This document shows positions 1 to 8,887 of a DNA stretch of 64,000 nucleotides, one piece after another. Below the pieces are notes generated by a model. That model ran no database searches and was not told the DNA's origin. It was given only the letters and a program-made list of their open reading frames with translations. The translations under genes and the position numbers were made by a program. The DNA comes from Chthoniobacter sp. GTDB taxonomy: Bacteria > Verrucomicrobiota > Verrucomicrobiia > Chthoniobacterales > Chthoniobacteraceae. Each line of letters begins with the position of its first letter. Within the stretch, counting starts at the first letter, position 1. Location of the stretch: assembly GCA_043779205.1 (NCBI GenBank), contig JAYWEP010000105.1, forward strand, positions 7,231 through 71,230. The letters are read 5' to 3'.

Positions 1-2416
1 TGCGGAGACGCTCGCGAGCTGTGTCAACGGCCTGCGATTCGTCAACGCTGATTCCGTCGAGCGCGAGCTGCGCGCCATCGGTAGCGGCTTTGGCGGATGG
101 CTTCTTCGTGCGGCGGTTCGGTGCGGGTGCGGTGCCGCGCTGGCTTTCAGAAAATGCGCGGGCGGCGGTGAGGTAGGTGCGCACGGCGGCATCAAGCGGT
201 TTCAAATCGCGCCCTGCGAGGTTCGGGACGCGCATCTCACCCAATTTTGCGGGGCTAAAGTCCGCCCTAGGGGAATCAGCAAACGTATTGGCGTTCGCAA
301 ACGGGGAGTTCACAAGCGCCCACAAGACTTTGATGGGAATCGCCCCGAGCGGACGAAAACAAATAAAGCGGTCAGTGAACGGTCTGCCGACGGAATCAAT
401 AAACGCCTTATGTCGCCATTTGGAACGACTCGCCCGGGCTTTGTTCAGCAGCACTTGAGGTTGATTCAGCACGGTGCCTCCGCACTTCCGTTCGATGATT
501 TCCGGCTGTTGGTTCAGCCACTCCATCTTGGGCTCGAGGTGGTAATCAGGTGAGTCTTCGGCGAGCAAGAAACCAAGTTGGAAGCCGGGGAGTTCCTTGT
601 CCGATACTTGAACCTCGCCTTTCGGATAGAGAGGATCCTTTTCAGGATAAAAATAGAAGCCGATTGAGACGAAGGCGATGTCCTTCATTCGGCCAAAGTG
701 TTCAGTAGCTATCCAGAGCGCGTTGAGATGAGGAAACACCAGGCGATGCCGCTTGTGTGCAATCACCGCAGCCCGCGATAGCAAAAAACCAGTCGGCACC
801 CGGCATTCGTTCCGAAACGCATTCATATCCGGCTTGAGGATGCGGCGGAACTTGAACGTGTCCGAACCCCGTTGAGCGTCGGGCAATTTTCTCCCGAAAA
901 GAATGGCCGTTTCCGGCTTTGCAAACTTGAAGACGTTGTCGGGGAAAGTGACGACCTCTCGTATATCAATTTTCGCCAGCAGGTCTTTCCGAAGCCTTCG
1001 GAATGATGCTCCATCAAGTATCGCCTGCGGAACGACTATGCCGAACAGACTTTCGGGAGCCGCGTGATTCACAATGCGCCGCAACAGCTCGCCTGCCTGC
1101 CCGCTTCGGGCATAGCGAAGGTCGCCGGACGCGCGCTCCTTGTCGGAAATCTCAATGCCCTCGAATGGAGGATTGGCGATGATGACGGAGTTCGCCGCGA
1201 TATTCTTGGCGAGGTAATCCCCGTCGAACATGTCTTTCACCGGGTCGAGCCGCCAACCGTTCGGATTCGGGATGTCGGCGAGGGTGAGCGAGAGGCGCGC
1301 GATTTCGAGCGCGAAGGCGTCACGATCACAGCCGGCGACGTGGGTGCGGAGGAATTTGCGGCGCGCGTTCTGGTCGCTGGCGATGCGCTCGGGCAGCAGC
1401 TCGCTCAAGAGCCGCACCGCGCCGACAAGGAATGGCGAGTGACCGCACGCGGGCTCGAAGATCCGGCAGTTTTCGATGCCGATGTCTTTCTCCATCCAAC
1501 TGCTCATCCGCGCGAGCATGTAGTCCACGAGATACGTGGGCGTGCGGTGGACGCTGAGGAGCTTGCGCGTGCGCGGGGAGAGCAAAGCTTCCTCGTAAAG
1601 TGCGCCCAGGGTTTCCGTGCTGATGCTGCGGAAGGACGAAAATTTCGCCGCCACATCCGCCGCACCGCGCAGCGCCTTGAGCCGTCCATTCGTGCGAATG
1701 CGTGGCGCGGCGTAGTGGTCGGCCACGCGGTCAAAGACGTTCTGCACGTCGTGCAAATCCAACCGCGTGAACTTTGGCACGCTCTTGTCGCGCATGAGCT
1801 TTCCCGCGAGCAGCCAGAAATTCGCGCGCACCAGCCAGTGCGTTTCGTTTTCGCTCATGTCCGCAGGTTTCAAACCCAGCGCGTCCAGCGTGTGTCCGAG
1901 CATCTCCTCGAAAAGCTGCCGCAACCGCGCGCCGGCCTCCTTTTCCACGAGCGGGAGTAATCCCGTATCTACGAAATCGAGCTGCCGCGCACCCTCCGCC
2001 CGCGCCCAGGTCTTCGCGCGAAAAACTGAGCCGGGTGCGAAGTCGTTTTTATTGTCGTCGAAGAATCGCTCGACCTTATCCGCGTCCAAACGCCGCTCCT
2101 TCCGCGGGCCGTCGCCGCGGAGCGACCACATCTCCCATGCGCCCGATCCGACGAGGAATGCCAGCGGCACGCCCAATTCGCGCAATGCACCGAGGTCGGC
2201 ATTCGGAGTGCGCAACTCGGGCAGAAAGGCGATGCAGGACGAACGCGCATCGCGCGGATGGTGCGCAAAAGTAACGACGGGAATAGTGCGTTCCGACGCG
2301 AGCGAATAATCGTCAACGATGAGGTCGTCGCGATACCGGCAGCCGCGCAGACACCGGCGTATCAACTGCCCGGTGCGGATACTGAAGCGAGGCCGGTCGC
2401 TATCGGGTTTGCTCAT
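1..2416 (-). CDS. Large N6-adenine DNA methyltransferase (type IIG / HsdM-like R-M protein), 3' end beyond window
   Basis: Missing from the ORF track because it runs off the window. Manual translation from ATG at 2416 (MSKPDSDRPRF...) gives more than 800 codons, checked at several points rather than codon by codon. It contains SAM-binding motif I (IFEPACGHAPFL), catalytic motif IV (IIANPPF) and the ETLGALYE...HRTPTYLVDYM segment typical of N-6 methylases. Confidence 0.85.
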   Translation of the reverse strand, partial: MSKPDSDRPRFSIRTGQLIRRCLRGCRYRDDLIVDDYSLASERTIPVVTFAHHPRDARSSCIAFLPELRTPNADLGALRELGVPLAFLVGSGAWEMWSLRGDGPRKERRLDADKVERFFDDNKNDFAPGSVFRAKTWARAEGARQLDFVDTGLLPLVEKEAGARLRQLFEEMLGHTLDALGLKPADMSENETHWLVRANFWLLAGKLMRDKSVPKFTRLDLHDVQNVFDRVADHYAAPRIRTNGRLKALRGAADVAAKFSSFRSISTETLGALYEEALLSPRTRKLLSVHRTPTYLVDYMLARMSSWMEKDIGIENCRIFEPACGHSPFLVGAVRLLSELLPERIASDQNARRKFLRTHVAGCDRDAFALEIARLSLTLADIPNPNGWRLDPVKDMFDGDYLAKNIAANSVIIANPPFEGIEISDKERASGDLRYARSGQAGELLRRIVNHAAPESLFGIVVPQAILDGASFRRLRKDLLAKIDIREVVTFPDNVFKFAKPETAILFGRKLPDAQRGSDTFKFRRILKPDMNAFRNECRVPTGFLLSRAAVIAHKRHRLVFPHLNALWIATEHFGRMKDIAFVSIGFYFYPEKDPLYPKGEVQVSDKELPGFQLGFLLAEDSPDYHLEPKMEWLNQQPEIIERKCGGTVLNQPQVLLNKARASRSKWRHKAFIDSVGRPFTDRFICFRPLGAIPIKVLWALVNSPFANANTFADSPRADFSPAKLGEMRVPNLAGRDLKPLDAAVRTYLTAARAFSESQRGTAPAPNRRTKKPSAKAATDGAQLALDGISVDESQAVDTARERLR

Positions 2417-2512
2417 CGTCGTTCATTCAATGGGCAATCGTATCTCCGCAAAATCACCGCTGCGAATTCTTTTGCTCTGCGGGCTCCTCCCTTCGCCCCC
2501 CCGTTTTCCTAA

Positions 2513-2635
2513 ATTCTCAATCGCGCCGACTGCAAATTGCTGACACACGTTGCCGAGCAGAGTAAAGCCAGCGCCTACCGCCTGCCGGAACTCATCGAGA
2601 ATCTCGTGCTCAGCGATCTCTTCCAAAAGCGTTGA
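2513..2635 (+). pseudogene. 3'-terminal remnant of a DUF1592/DUF1585-type gene
   Basis: 41 codons including the stop, read after an in-frame TAA: ILNRADCKLLTHVAEQSKASAYRLPELIENLVLSDLFQKR*. This resembles the YRLxxLIxxxVxSDLFxK* C-terminus of PVC DUF1585 domains. No start codon. Confidence 0.65.
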
Positions 2636-2715
2636 CGGCCTGGTTGCTCGCCGAAAGCTGATCCACATCAGCCGCGGCGAAGTCGAATGCGCTCCCTCAT
2701 TACCCCAAAACTCCG

Positions 2716-5700
2716 ATGCCTCTTTCACTCCTGCGTCTCGCCGCTCTCCTCACGCTCCTCGCGCCCGGCATCATGGTCGCGCAGGAGTCAGCCGCTCCCG
2801 CTCCGACGCCGCTCCGCGCTGCGCTGCTCGACGAGGCGGCGTTTGCCCAATGGGTCGCGGGCACGGAGACCGCCATCCCGGCAACGGCAGCCAAAGGCGG
2901 CCCGCGGGACGTGACCTGGACGCGGGACAGCCGGCCGGAGTGGAGCGGGGTGAAGTTTGGCGAAGGGCGCGAACCGGCGACGCGCCATCTGCGCATCGGG
3001 TTTGCCGAACCGGTCGCCGTCGGCACGGTGCTGACGCGGGGCGGCGGGACGTTGAGCGTGCTCAAGCCGGGCACGCCCTATCCTGGGAATCTCGCGGACG
3101 ATGCGCAGTGGTTGCCGGCGGAGCGGCTCGTGGGCGCGGCATCCTCCCGCGCGGAGGTGGATGAAGACGGCTATGGCGTCTGGATCCTGCCCGCGGGCAC
3201 GCAGACGCGCGCGCTCCGTTTCAGCCATGATCCTGCACCGGGCGATCGCGAGATGGCGGGCTGGCTCGGCGGCGTGTGGGTCGTGGCGGAGCGCTGGGGC
3301 AATGTGGCTCCGCAGGCGCTCGCGCAGTCGAACGCGCGCGACGATGTGTCGGCGAAGCTGGTGGACGAATCGAATAACCGCACCTGGCAGACGTGGGATA
3401 ATGGCGAGAAGGGCGCGGCGCTGCCGATGTCGCCCGAGCATCCCGAGATCGTGACGCTGACCTGGCCGCAACCCGTGCGCCTGAGCGGGCTCGCGCTGCT
3501 GTGGACCGGTTTTCAGTCGGTGGAAGTGGATGCCTTTACCGGCAGTGCGGAGGAAAACGTCCGCGAGGCTGCAGCGGCGAGCTGGCACCCAATCGCCCAG
3601 CGCCGCGACATGGATGCGCTCTATCCCCTGCCCCTCGCGCCGCATTGGCTGGAGTTTGGCCAGGTCGTGGAAACGCGCGCGTTGCGCCTGCGCATCACCG
3701 GCGGCGCGAAGTCCACGCACTCGCACCTCGCCGACAAGGTGAAGGAAGGGCGGCGCGCGTGGCTCGGCGAAGTGCTCGCGCTTTCGCCGCTGCGCGACAC
3801 CGCGCTGACCACGCTGGTGTTGCCGAAGGTCGTCGAGGAGCCGCCGCCGATCCCGATCAAGTTTCACCTGCCCGAGGCGGGTCTGGTGACGCTGGTGATC
3901 GAGGACACGCAAAGCCAGCGCGTGCGGAATCTCGTGAGCGAGACGCCTTTTCCCGCAGGCGAAAATACCGCGTGGTGGGATGGCAGCGACGATCTGCTGC
4001 GCGATCCCGCGGCAGCGGGGCACGGCGTTTACCATATCCCCACGCGACCCGTCGCGCCCGGCAGCTACAAGGTGCGCGGCCTGTGGCGCAAGCCGGTGAA
4101 GCTGCGCTACGAGATGAGCGTTTATAGCGCCGGCAAACCCGCTTGGGAGACGGCGGACAAGACCGGCTGCTGGATGACCAATCACACGCCGCCCACGAGC
4201 ATGGCCTTCGTGCCGGGCGCGCGCACGGCGGACGGGCAGCCGCTCGTCTTCATGGGTGCGCAAGTCTCCGAGGGCGGCCACGGGCTGCAATGGCTGCGCG
4301 AGGACGCGACGAAAGTCGGCGGGCAGGGCTGGGTCGGTGGCAACTGGACGGGCGCGCCGACGCTCGCCGTGGATGGCGGCAGCGCGGCCATCGCGGAGCA
4401 TCTGTGCTACGTCGGCTCGGTGTGGGAGGGCGAACTGCGCCTCACGGCGAAGACCGCGAAACTCGAGGACAAACCGATCTACAAGGGCAAGCTCGGCGAC
4501 GAGCCGAAGAAGACGACTGCGGAAAAACTCGAAGGCTTCGATGGCGGCGAGCGCATCTTCGTCCTCGGCGGCATCGCGGCGCGCGATGGCGTGCTCGTCG
4601 GTTCACTCGTGCGGCAGAATGAATTGCTTTTCGTCGAGGCGAAGGCGGGCGCGATCAGCGGTCGCGCGGCGGTGGAAAATCCGCGTGGCGTCGCCTTCGA
4701 CGCGCAGGGCCGCCTGCTCGTGCTGAGCGGGAAAAAGCTGCTGCGCTTTGCCGCCGCGAAAGCGGAGTTGGGCAAAGCGGAGACGGTCATCGCGAGCGGC
4801 CTCGAAGACCCGCGCCACGTCCTCACGGATGCGGCGGGGAATTTCTACATCAGCGACCGCGGCGCGGCGCATCAGGTGAAAGTCTTTTCGCCTGCGGGCA
4901 AACTTCTCCGCGTCGTCGGCAGACCGGGCGTGCCGGCGGTCGGACTGTATGATCCGCTCCACCTCAACAACCCGAACGGCCTCGCGCTCGATTCGCAAGG
5001 CCGGCTGTGGGTCGCCGAGGCGGACAACCAGCCGCGCCGCGTTTCCGTGTGGACGCCGAAGGGCGAACTCGTGCGCGCGTTCTACGGCCCGACCGAATAC
5101 GGCGGCGGTGGTGCGCTCGATCCGCAGGAGGCCTCGCGCTTTTTCTACAAGGGCCTGGAGTTCCGGCTCGATTGGAAAACGGGCCGCGATGAACTGGTGC
5201 GCGTCTTCGCGCGCCCCGAGCCGTTAATGGAGGCACAAGGCGGACATTTTTCGCCGGATACGCCGCTGTATCCCGAGGCGCGGAAAGGCGCGCGCTATTT
5301 CACGAGCTGCTACACGCACAATCCGACCGGCGGCGATGACGCGGCCTTTGTGTGGAGCGATGATGGCAAGGCCGTGCGGCTGGTCGCGGCGCTGGGCAAT
5401 GCGCATTCGTGGGCGGTGCTGCGGACGCCGGAATTCCGCGCGCTCTGGCCGGAAGGCACGAAGCCCGAGGACGAGAATCCGAAGCCCGAACAACTCGCCA
5501 CTTTCACCTGGACTGACGCGAACAGCGACGGACGCCCGCAGCCCGGCGAAGTGCGCATGCTGAAAGGCGAGGCGCGCGGCGTGACGGTGATGAACGATCT
5601 GTCGTTCCTCGTCGCGCGCTTCGCTGGCACGACGGCGCGGTTTGCTCCGGCGAGCTTCGATGCCAGGGGCGCGCCGAGCTACGATCTGGCGAAGCCGGAG

Positions 5701-7017
5701 AAACTCGGCCCCGCGGGCGGGCAGCCGCAGTCGAGCGGCGGCGATCAAGCACTGGCCGACGCGAGCGGGTGGACGGTGAACACGAATGCCGTCGAACCAT
5801 TTTCGCCGTTCGGTCTTGGCGGGACGTTCCGCGGCGAACCGCGCTGGAGTTATCCGAGCGCGTGGCCGGGGTTGCACGCGAGCCACGAATCTGCGGTGCC
5901 GGATCAGCCCGGCATGGTGGTCGGGCACACGCGGCTGCTCGGCGGATGGGTGAACCCACCGGGCAAGGCCGGCCCGCTCTTCTGCGTCAATGGCAACATG
6001 GGAAACATGTATCTCTTCACGGCGGATGGATTGTTTGTCGCCACGCTCTTCCACGACATCCGCCTGCGTCCGAACTGGGCCGCACCCGTGGCGGTGCGCG
6101 ACATGGATGTGACGAATGTCTCGCTGCACGACGAAAACTTCTGGCCCAGCATCACGCAAACGCCGGACGGCCGCGTCTTCCTCGTGGATGGCGCACGCAC
6201 CAGTCTCGTGCGCGTGGATGGCCTCGATTCCATCAAGCGGCTGCCGGAACAAACGCTGACGGTCACCGCCGCGGACCTCGATCGCGCCCGCGATTGGTTC
6301 GCCCGCGCGGAGACGGCCCGGCAGAAAGCGCGCGGCAGCGGAACGCTCAGCGTCCCTTTGCGCCAGCATCCCCCGACGGTGGATGGACGCCTCGACGACT
6401 GGCCCGCGGCCACGGACTGGGCGGTGATCGATCGCCGCGGAACCAGGGCCAATTTCGACAGCAACTCGCGGCCTTATGAAGTCAGCGCCGCCGCCTGTGT
6501 GGGTGGCGATCGCCTCTTCGCCGCCTGGCGGACGACGGAAAAGGAACTGCTCAACAACAGCGGCGAAACGCCAAACGCGCTCTTCAAGACTGGCGGCTGT
6601 CTCGACCTCATGCTCCAGACCGATACCGATCAGCGCCTGCTCGTCACGCTCGTGAAAGGGAAGCCGCGGGCCATGCTCTACCGCGCCAAGGTGGCCGGCA
6701 CCGCGCAGCCCGTCGCCTTCAGCAGCCCGTGGCGCACGATCACCCTCGACACCGTCGAGGATGTCACCGCGCAGGTCGCCTTCGCCACGGATGGCGGCGG
6801 CAACTTCGAGATCAGCATCCCGCTGCAAACGCTCCGCTGTCAGCCCAAGCCCGGAGACATCCTGCGCGCCGACCTCGGCGTGCTGCGCGGCTCCAACTTT
6901 CAAACCACCCAGCGCGTCTATTGGTCGAACAAGGCCACGGCCATCACCGCCGATGTGCCCAGCGAAGCCGAGCTGACGCCCAAGCTCTGGGGAAAATGGC
7001 GCATCACCGCCGAATGA
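2716..7017 (+). CDS. 1433-aa secreted multidomain protein (discoidin-like, FlgD-like Ig, NHL beta-propeller, C-terminal CBM9/DOMON-like)
   Basis: Signal peptide. PIPIKFHLPEAGLVTLVIED..RVRNL..WWDG is FlgD Ig-like. NHL repeats include NPRGVAFDAQGRLLV, DPRHVLTDAAGNFYISD and NPNGLALDSQGRLWVAE. PTVDGRLDDW is CBM9-like. Confidence 0.8.
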   Translation: MPLSLLRLAALLTLLAPGIMVAQESAAPAPTPLRAALLDEAAFAQWVAGTETAIPATAAKGGPRDVTWTRDSRPEWSGVKFGEGREPATRHLRIGFAEPVAVGTVLTRGGGTLSVLKPGTPYPGNLADDAQWLPAERLVGAASSRAEVDEDGYGVWILPAGTQTRALRFSHDPAPGDREMAGWLGGVWVVAERWGNVAPQALAQSNARDDVSAKLVDESNNRTWQTWDNGEKGAALPMSPEHPEIVTLTWPQPVRLSGLALLWTGFQSVEVDAFTGSAEENVREAAAASWHPIAQRRDMDALYPLPLAPHWLEFGQVVETRALRLRITGGAKSTHSHLADKVKEGRRAWLGEVLALSPLRDTALTTLVLPKVVEEPPPIPIKFHLPEAGLVTLVIEDTQSQRVRNLVSETPFPAGENTAWWDGSDDLLRDPAAAGHGVYHIPTRPVAPGSYKVRGLWRKPVKLRYEMSVYSAGKPAWETADKTGCWMTNHTPPTSMAFVPGARTADGQPLVFMGAQVSEGGHGLQWLREDATKVGGQGWVGGNWTGAPTLAVDGGSAAIAEHLCYVGSVWEGELRLTAKTAKLEDKPIYKGKLGDEPKKTTAEKLEGFDGGERIFVLGGIAARDGVLVGSLVRQNELLFVEAKAGAISGRAAVENPRGVAFDAQGRLLVLSGKKLLRFAAAKAELGKAETVIASGLEDPRHVLTDAAGNFYISDRGAAHQVKVFSPAGKLLRVVGRPGVPAVGLYDPLHLNNPNGLALDSQGRLWVAEADNQPRRVSVWTPKGELVRAFYGPTEYGGGGALDPQEASRFFYKGLEFRLDWKTGRDELVRVFARPEPLMEAQGGHFSPDTPLYPEARKGARYFTSCYTHNPTGGDDAAFVWSDDGKAVRLVAALGNAHSWAVLRTPEFRALWPEGTKPEDENPKPEQLATFTWTDANSDGRPQPGEVRMLKGEARGVTVMNDLSFLVARFAGTTARFAPASFDARGAPSYDLAKPEKLGPAGGQPQSSGGDQALADASGWTVNTNAVEPFSPFGLGGTFRGEPRWSYPSAWPGLHASHESAVPDQPGMVVGHTRLLGGWVNPPGKAGPLFCVNGNMGNMYLFTADGLFVATLFHDIRLRPNWAAPVAVRDMDVTNVSLHDENFWPSITQTPDGRVFLVDGARTSLVRVDGLDSIKRLPEQTLTVTAADLDRARDWFARAETARQKARGSGTLSVPLRQHPPTVDGRLDDWPAATDWAVIDRRGTRANFDSNSRPYEVSAAACVGGDRLFAAWRTTEKELLNNSGETPNALFKTGGCLDLMLQTDTDQRLLVTLVKGKPRAMLYRAKVAGTAQPVAFSSPWRTITLDTVEDVTAQVAFATDGGGNFEISIPLQTLRCQPKPGDILRADLGVLRGSNFQTTQRVYWSNKATAITADVPSEAELTPKLWGKWRITAE

Positions 7018-7111
7018 AGAACCAGATGGTTTCGCGTCACCCCCCGAATGTTCGGGGAACCTGCCAGCGTGCAAGTAGTCCGCAGCGACCACCAGCCACC
7101 CGCTTCCATCG

Positions 7112-8857
7112 ATGAGCATCGTCCTTTCCCGCCGCCCTTTCCTGCGCGGCCTCGGCGCGATCATTGCGCTCGCATTTCCGCTCGCCGGACAGGCGGAATC
7201 CGCACCGGGAACGCCCGCTCAGTCGAACGGATGGACGATGAGCCCGTTTGGCATCGGAGCCTGCAATCAAACTTCGCAGGAACTCGAAAAGTGGATTCCG
7301 CAGATGGCTGAGATCGGCCTCCATGTCATGCGCACCGCCCGCACGACATGGGGAGACGTCGAACCCGAAGAGGGAAAATGGACGTGGACGGTGTTGGACA
7401 AGCAGATGGCTTATCTGACTGACCAGCACTTTGAATTCGGCGGTCTTCTTTACGGTGGCGTCCGGTGGAACGCGAAGGACAAGCCAGGCACTTTGCCGGT
7501 CAACAATCTTCCGGCCTGGTCCAACTACGTCTCGGAAATCGTGAAGCACTGCAAAGCGAAGGTGAAGTATTGGGAGGTGTGGAATGAACCGCCTAATGGC
7601 ACCGGCCGCGATCAGACGCCCGCGGATTATGCCAAGCTGATGGTCAGCACTTATGACGCGGCCAAGGCGGCAGATCCCACTTGTCTCGTAGGTCTCGCCG
7701 CCAAATCCAATCATGTGAACTATCTCGAACAGACGATCAAGACGGGGGCCAAGGGCCATTACGACTACATCGTTCTGCATCCTTACGAAGTTCTGAATGG
7801 CATCGCCGATAACGTGGGAACGGAGGCCGTTTACATGCACATCGTTCCCACCGTGCGAAAAATGCTGGCTGCCCAGGATCCAGCCAAGGTGAACGTGCCG
7901 ATCATTTTCACCGAGCTAGGGTGCGACGCCAAGAAAGGCCTGGATGTGCAAGCTCACGCATTGGTCAAAGCCTACAGCATGGGCATCGCCCAGGAAGTCG
8001 CGTGCATCCAGTGGTTTGAAGGCATGGACGGCGACAGCGGGCCGATGGGTTTGCTCAAGCGCGACGGCACTCCGCGCCCTGCTTACACGGCCATGGCCCA
8101 AATGATCCGGCATCTGGGACAGCATCCGACTTATCTCGGCTGGGTGCTGCTCAATGGCAAAGACTACGGCTTTGTCTTCCAAGGCGCCAAGGGCACCGTC
8201 CTCGCGGCCTGGGCTCCACAAGGTACGCCTGACCTGGTAAAGTTCGGCCAGTCGGTGCAGATCGTGAACCCATTAACCGGCGAAGTTACTAATGCAGATA
8301 GTTATGATCTAACCACCGCCCCGATCCTGGCGCTGGGTGTGCCGCCGAACATCGTTGCGCAGGCTCAGGCTAACAAGAGCAAGCCATTCCTTTGGGGCGG
8401 TGACTATGCCAGCGCAAAATCGGTTTCCGTCACGATGGGCGAAAGGAACGTGGAAAAAGGTCTGCACACCATGTCGGGCAACGCGGTGGCCGAGGCGGTC
8501 GTGGCTTACGGCGGCGGATCGCGGGCCGGAAGTGTGCCCGGCGGCAATGTCTTCGTCGTCGATCCCGGCTTTCTGTCTTACACGACCACGCCTATCGAAA
8601 TCACCGCCGTCGTCCGCCGCAATGAGGCGAATGACAACGCGGGCTTTAATCTCCAATACGAATCCACCAGCGGGCTGAAAGGCGGCCCGAGTTGGTACAC
8701 CGTGCCGGATAACAAGGAGTGGCATACCGTGAAGTGGAAGATCGACGATGCGCAGTTCGTCAATTTCTGGGGCTACAACTTCTCGTTCAATTCCGACGGG
8801 AACAAATTCAACAAGTATTACATCCAGAGCGTGACGGTGACAAAGCTCGCCAACTGA
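7112..8857 (+). CDS. Clan GH-A glycoside hydrolase (GH39/GH5-like) with twin-arginine-type signal and C-terminal beta-rich domain
   Basis: N-terminal SRRPFL. Acid/base motif YWEVWNEP and putative nucleophile IIFTELG. Confidence 0.75.
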   Translation: MSIVLSRRPFLRGLGAIIALAFPLAGQAESAPGTPAQSNGWTMSPFGIGACNQTSQELEKWIPQMAEIGLHVMRTARTTWGDVEPEEGKWTWTVLDKQMAYLTDQHFEFGGLLYGGVRWNAKDKPGTLPVNNLPAWSNYVSEIVKHCKAKVKYWEVWNEPPNGTGRDQTPADYAKLMVSTYDAAKAADPTCLVGLAAKSNHVNYLEQTIKTGAKGHYDYIVLHPYEVLNGIADNVGTEAVYMHIVPTVRKMLAAQDPAKVNVPIIFTELGCDAKKGLDVQAHALVKAYSMGIAQEVACIQWFEGMDGDSGPMGLLKRDGTPRPAYTAMAQMIRHLGQHPTYLGWVLLNGKDYGFVFQGAKGTVLAAWAPQGTPDLVKFGQSVQIVNPLTGEVTNADSYDLTTAPILALGVPPNIVAQAQANKSKPFLWGGDYASAKSVSVTMGERNVEKGLHTMSGNAVAEAVVAYGGGSRAGSVPGGNVFVVDPGFLSYTTTPIEITAVVRRNEANDNAGFNLQYESTSGLKGGPSWYTVPDNKEWHTVKWKIDDAQFVNFWGYNFSFNSDGNKFNKYYIQSVTVTKLAN

Positions 8858-8887
8858 CTGCTGGATACCGAAAGGAGACAGCCCTCC

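Noticed and set aside
2788-7164. Long antisense ORFs (2788-4401, 5224-7164) and similar ones opposite the Avs-like gene, autotransporter, kinase and nrdJ
   Set aside because: Shadow ORFs of GC-rich coding strands: Arg/Ala/Gly-rich, no motifs, and fully overlapping well-supported genes.
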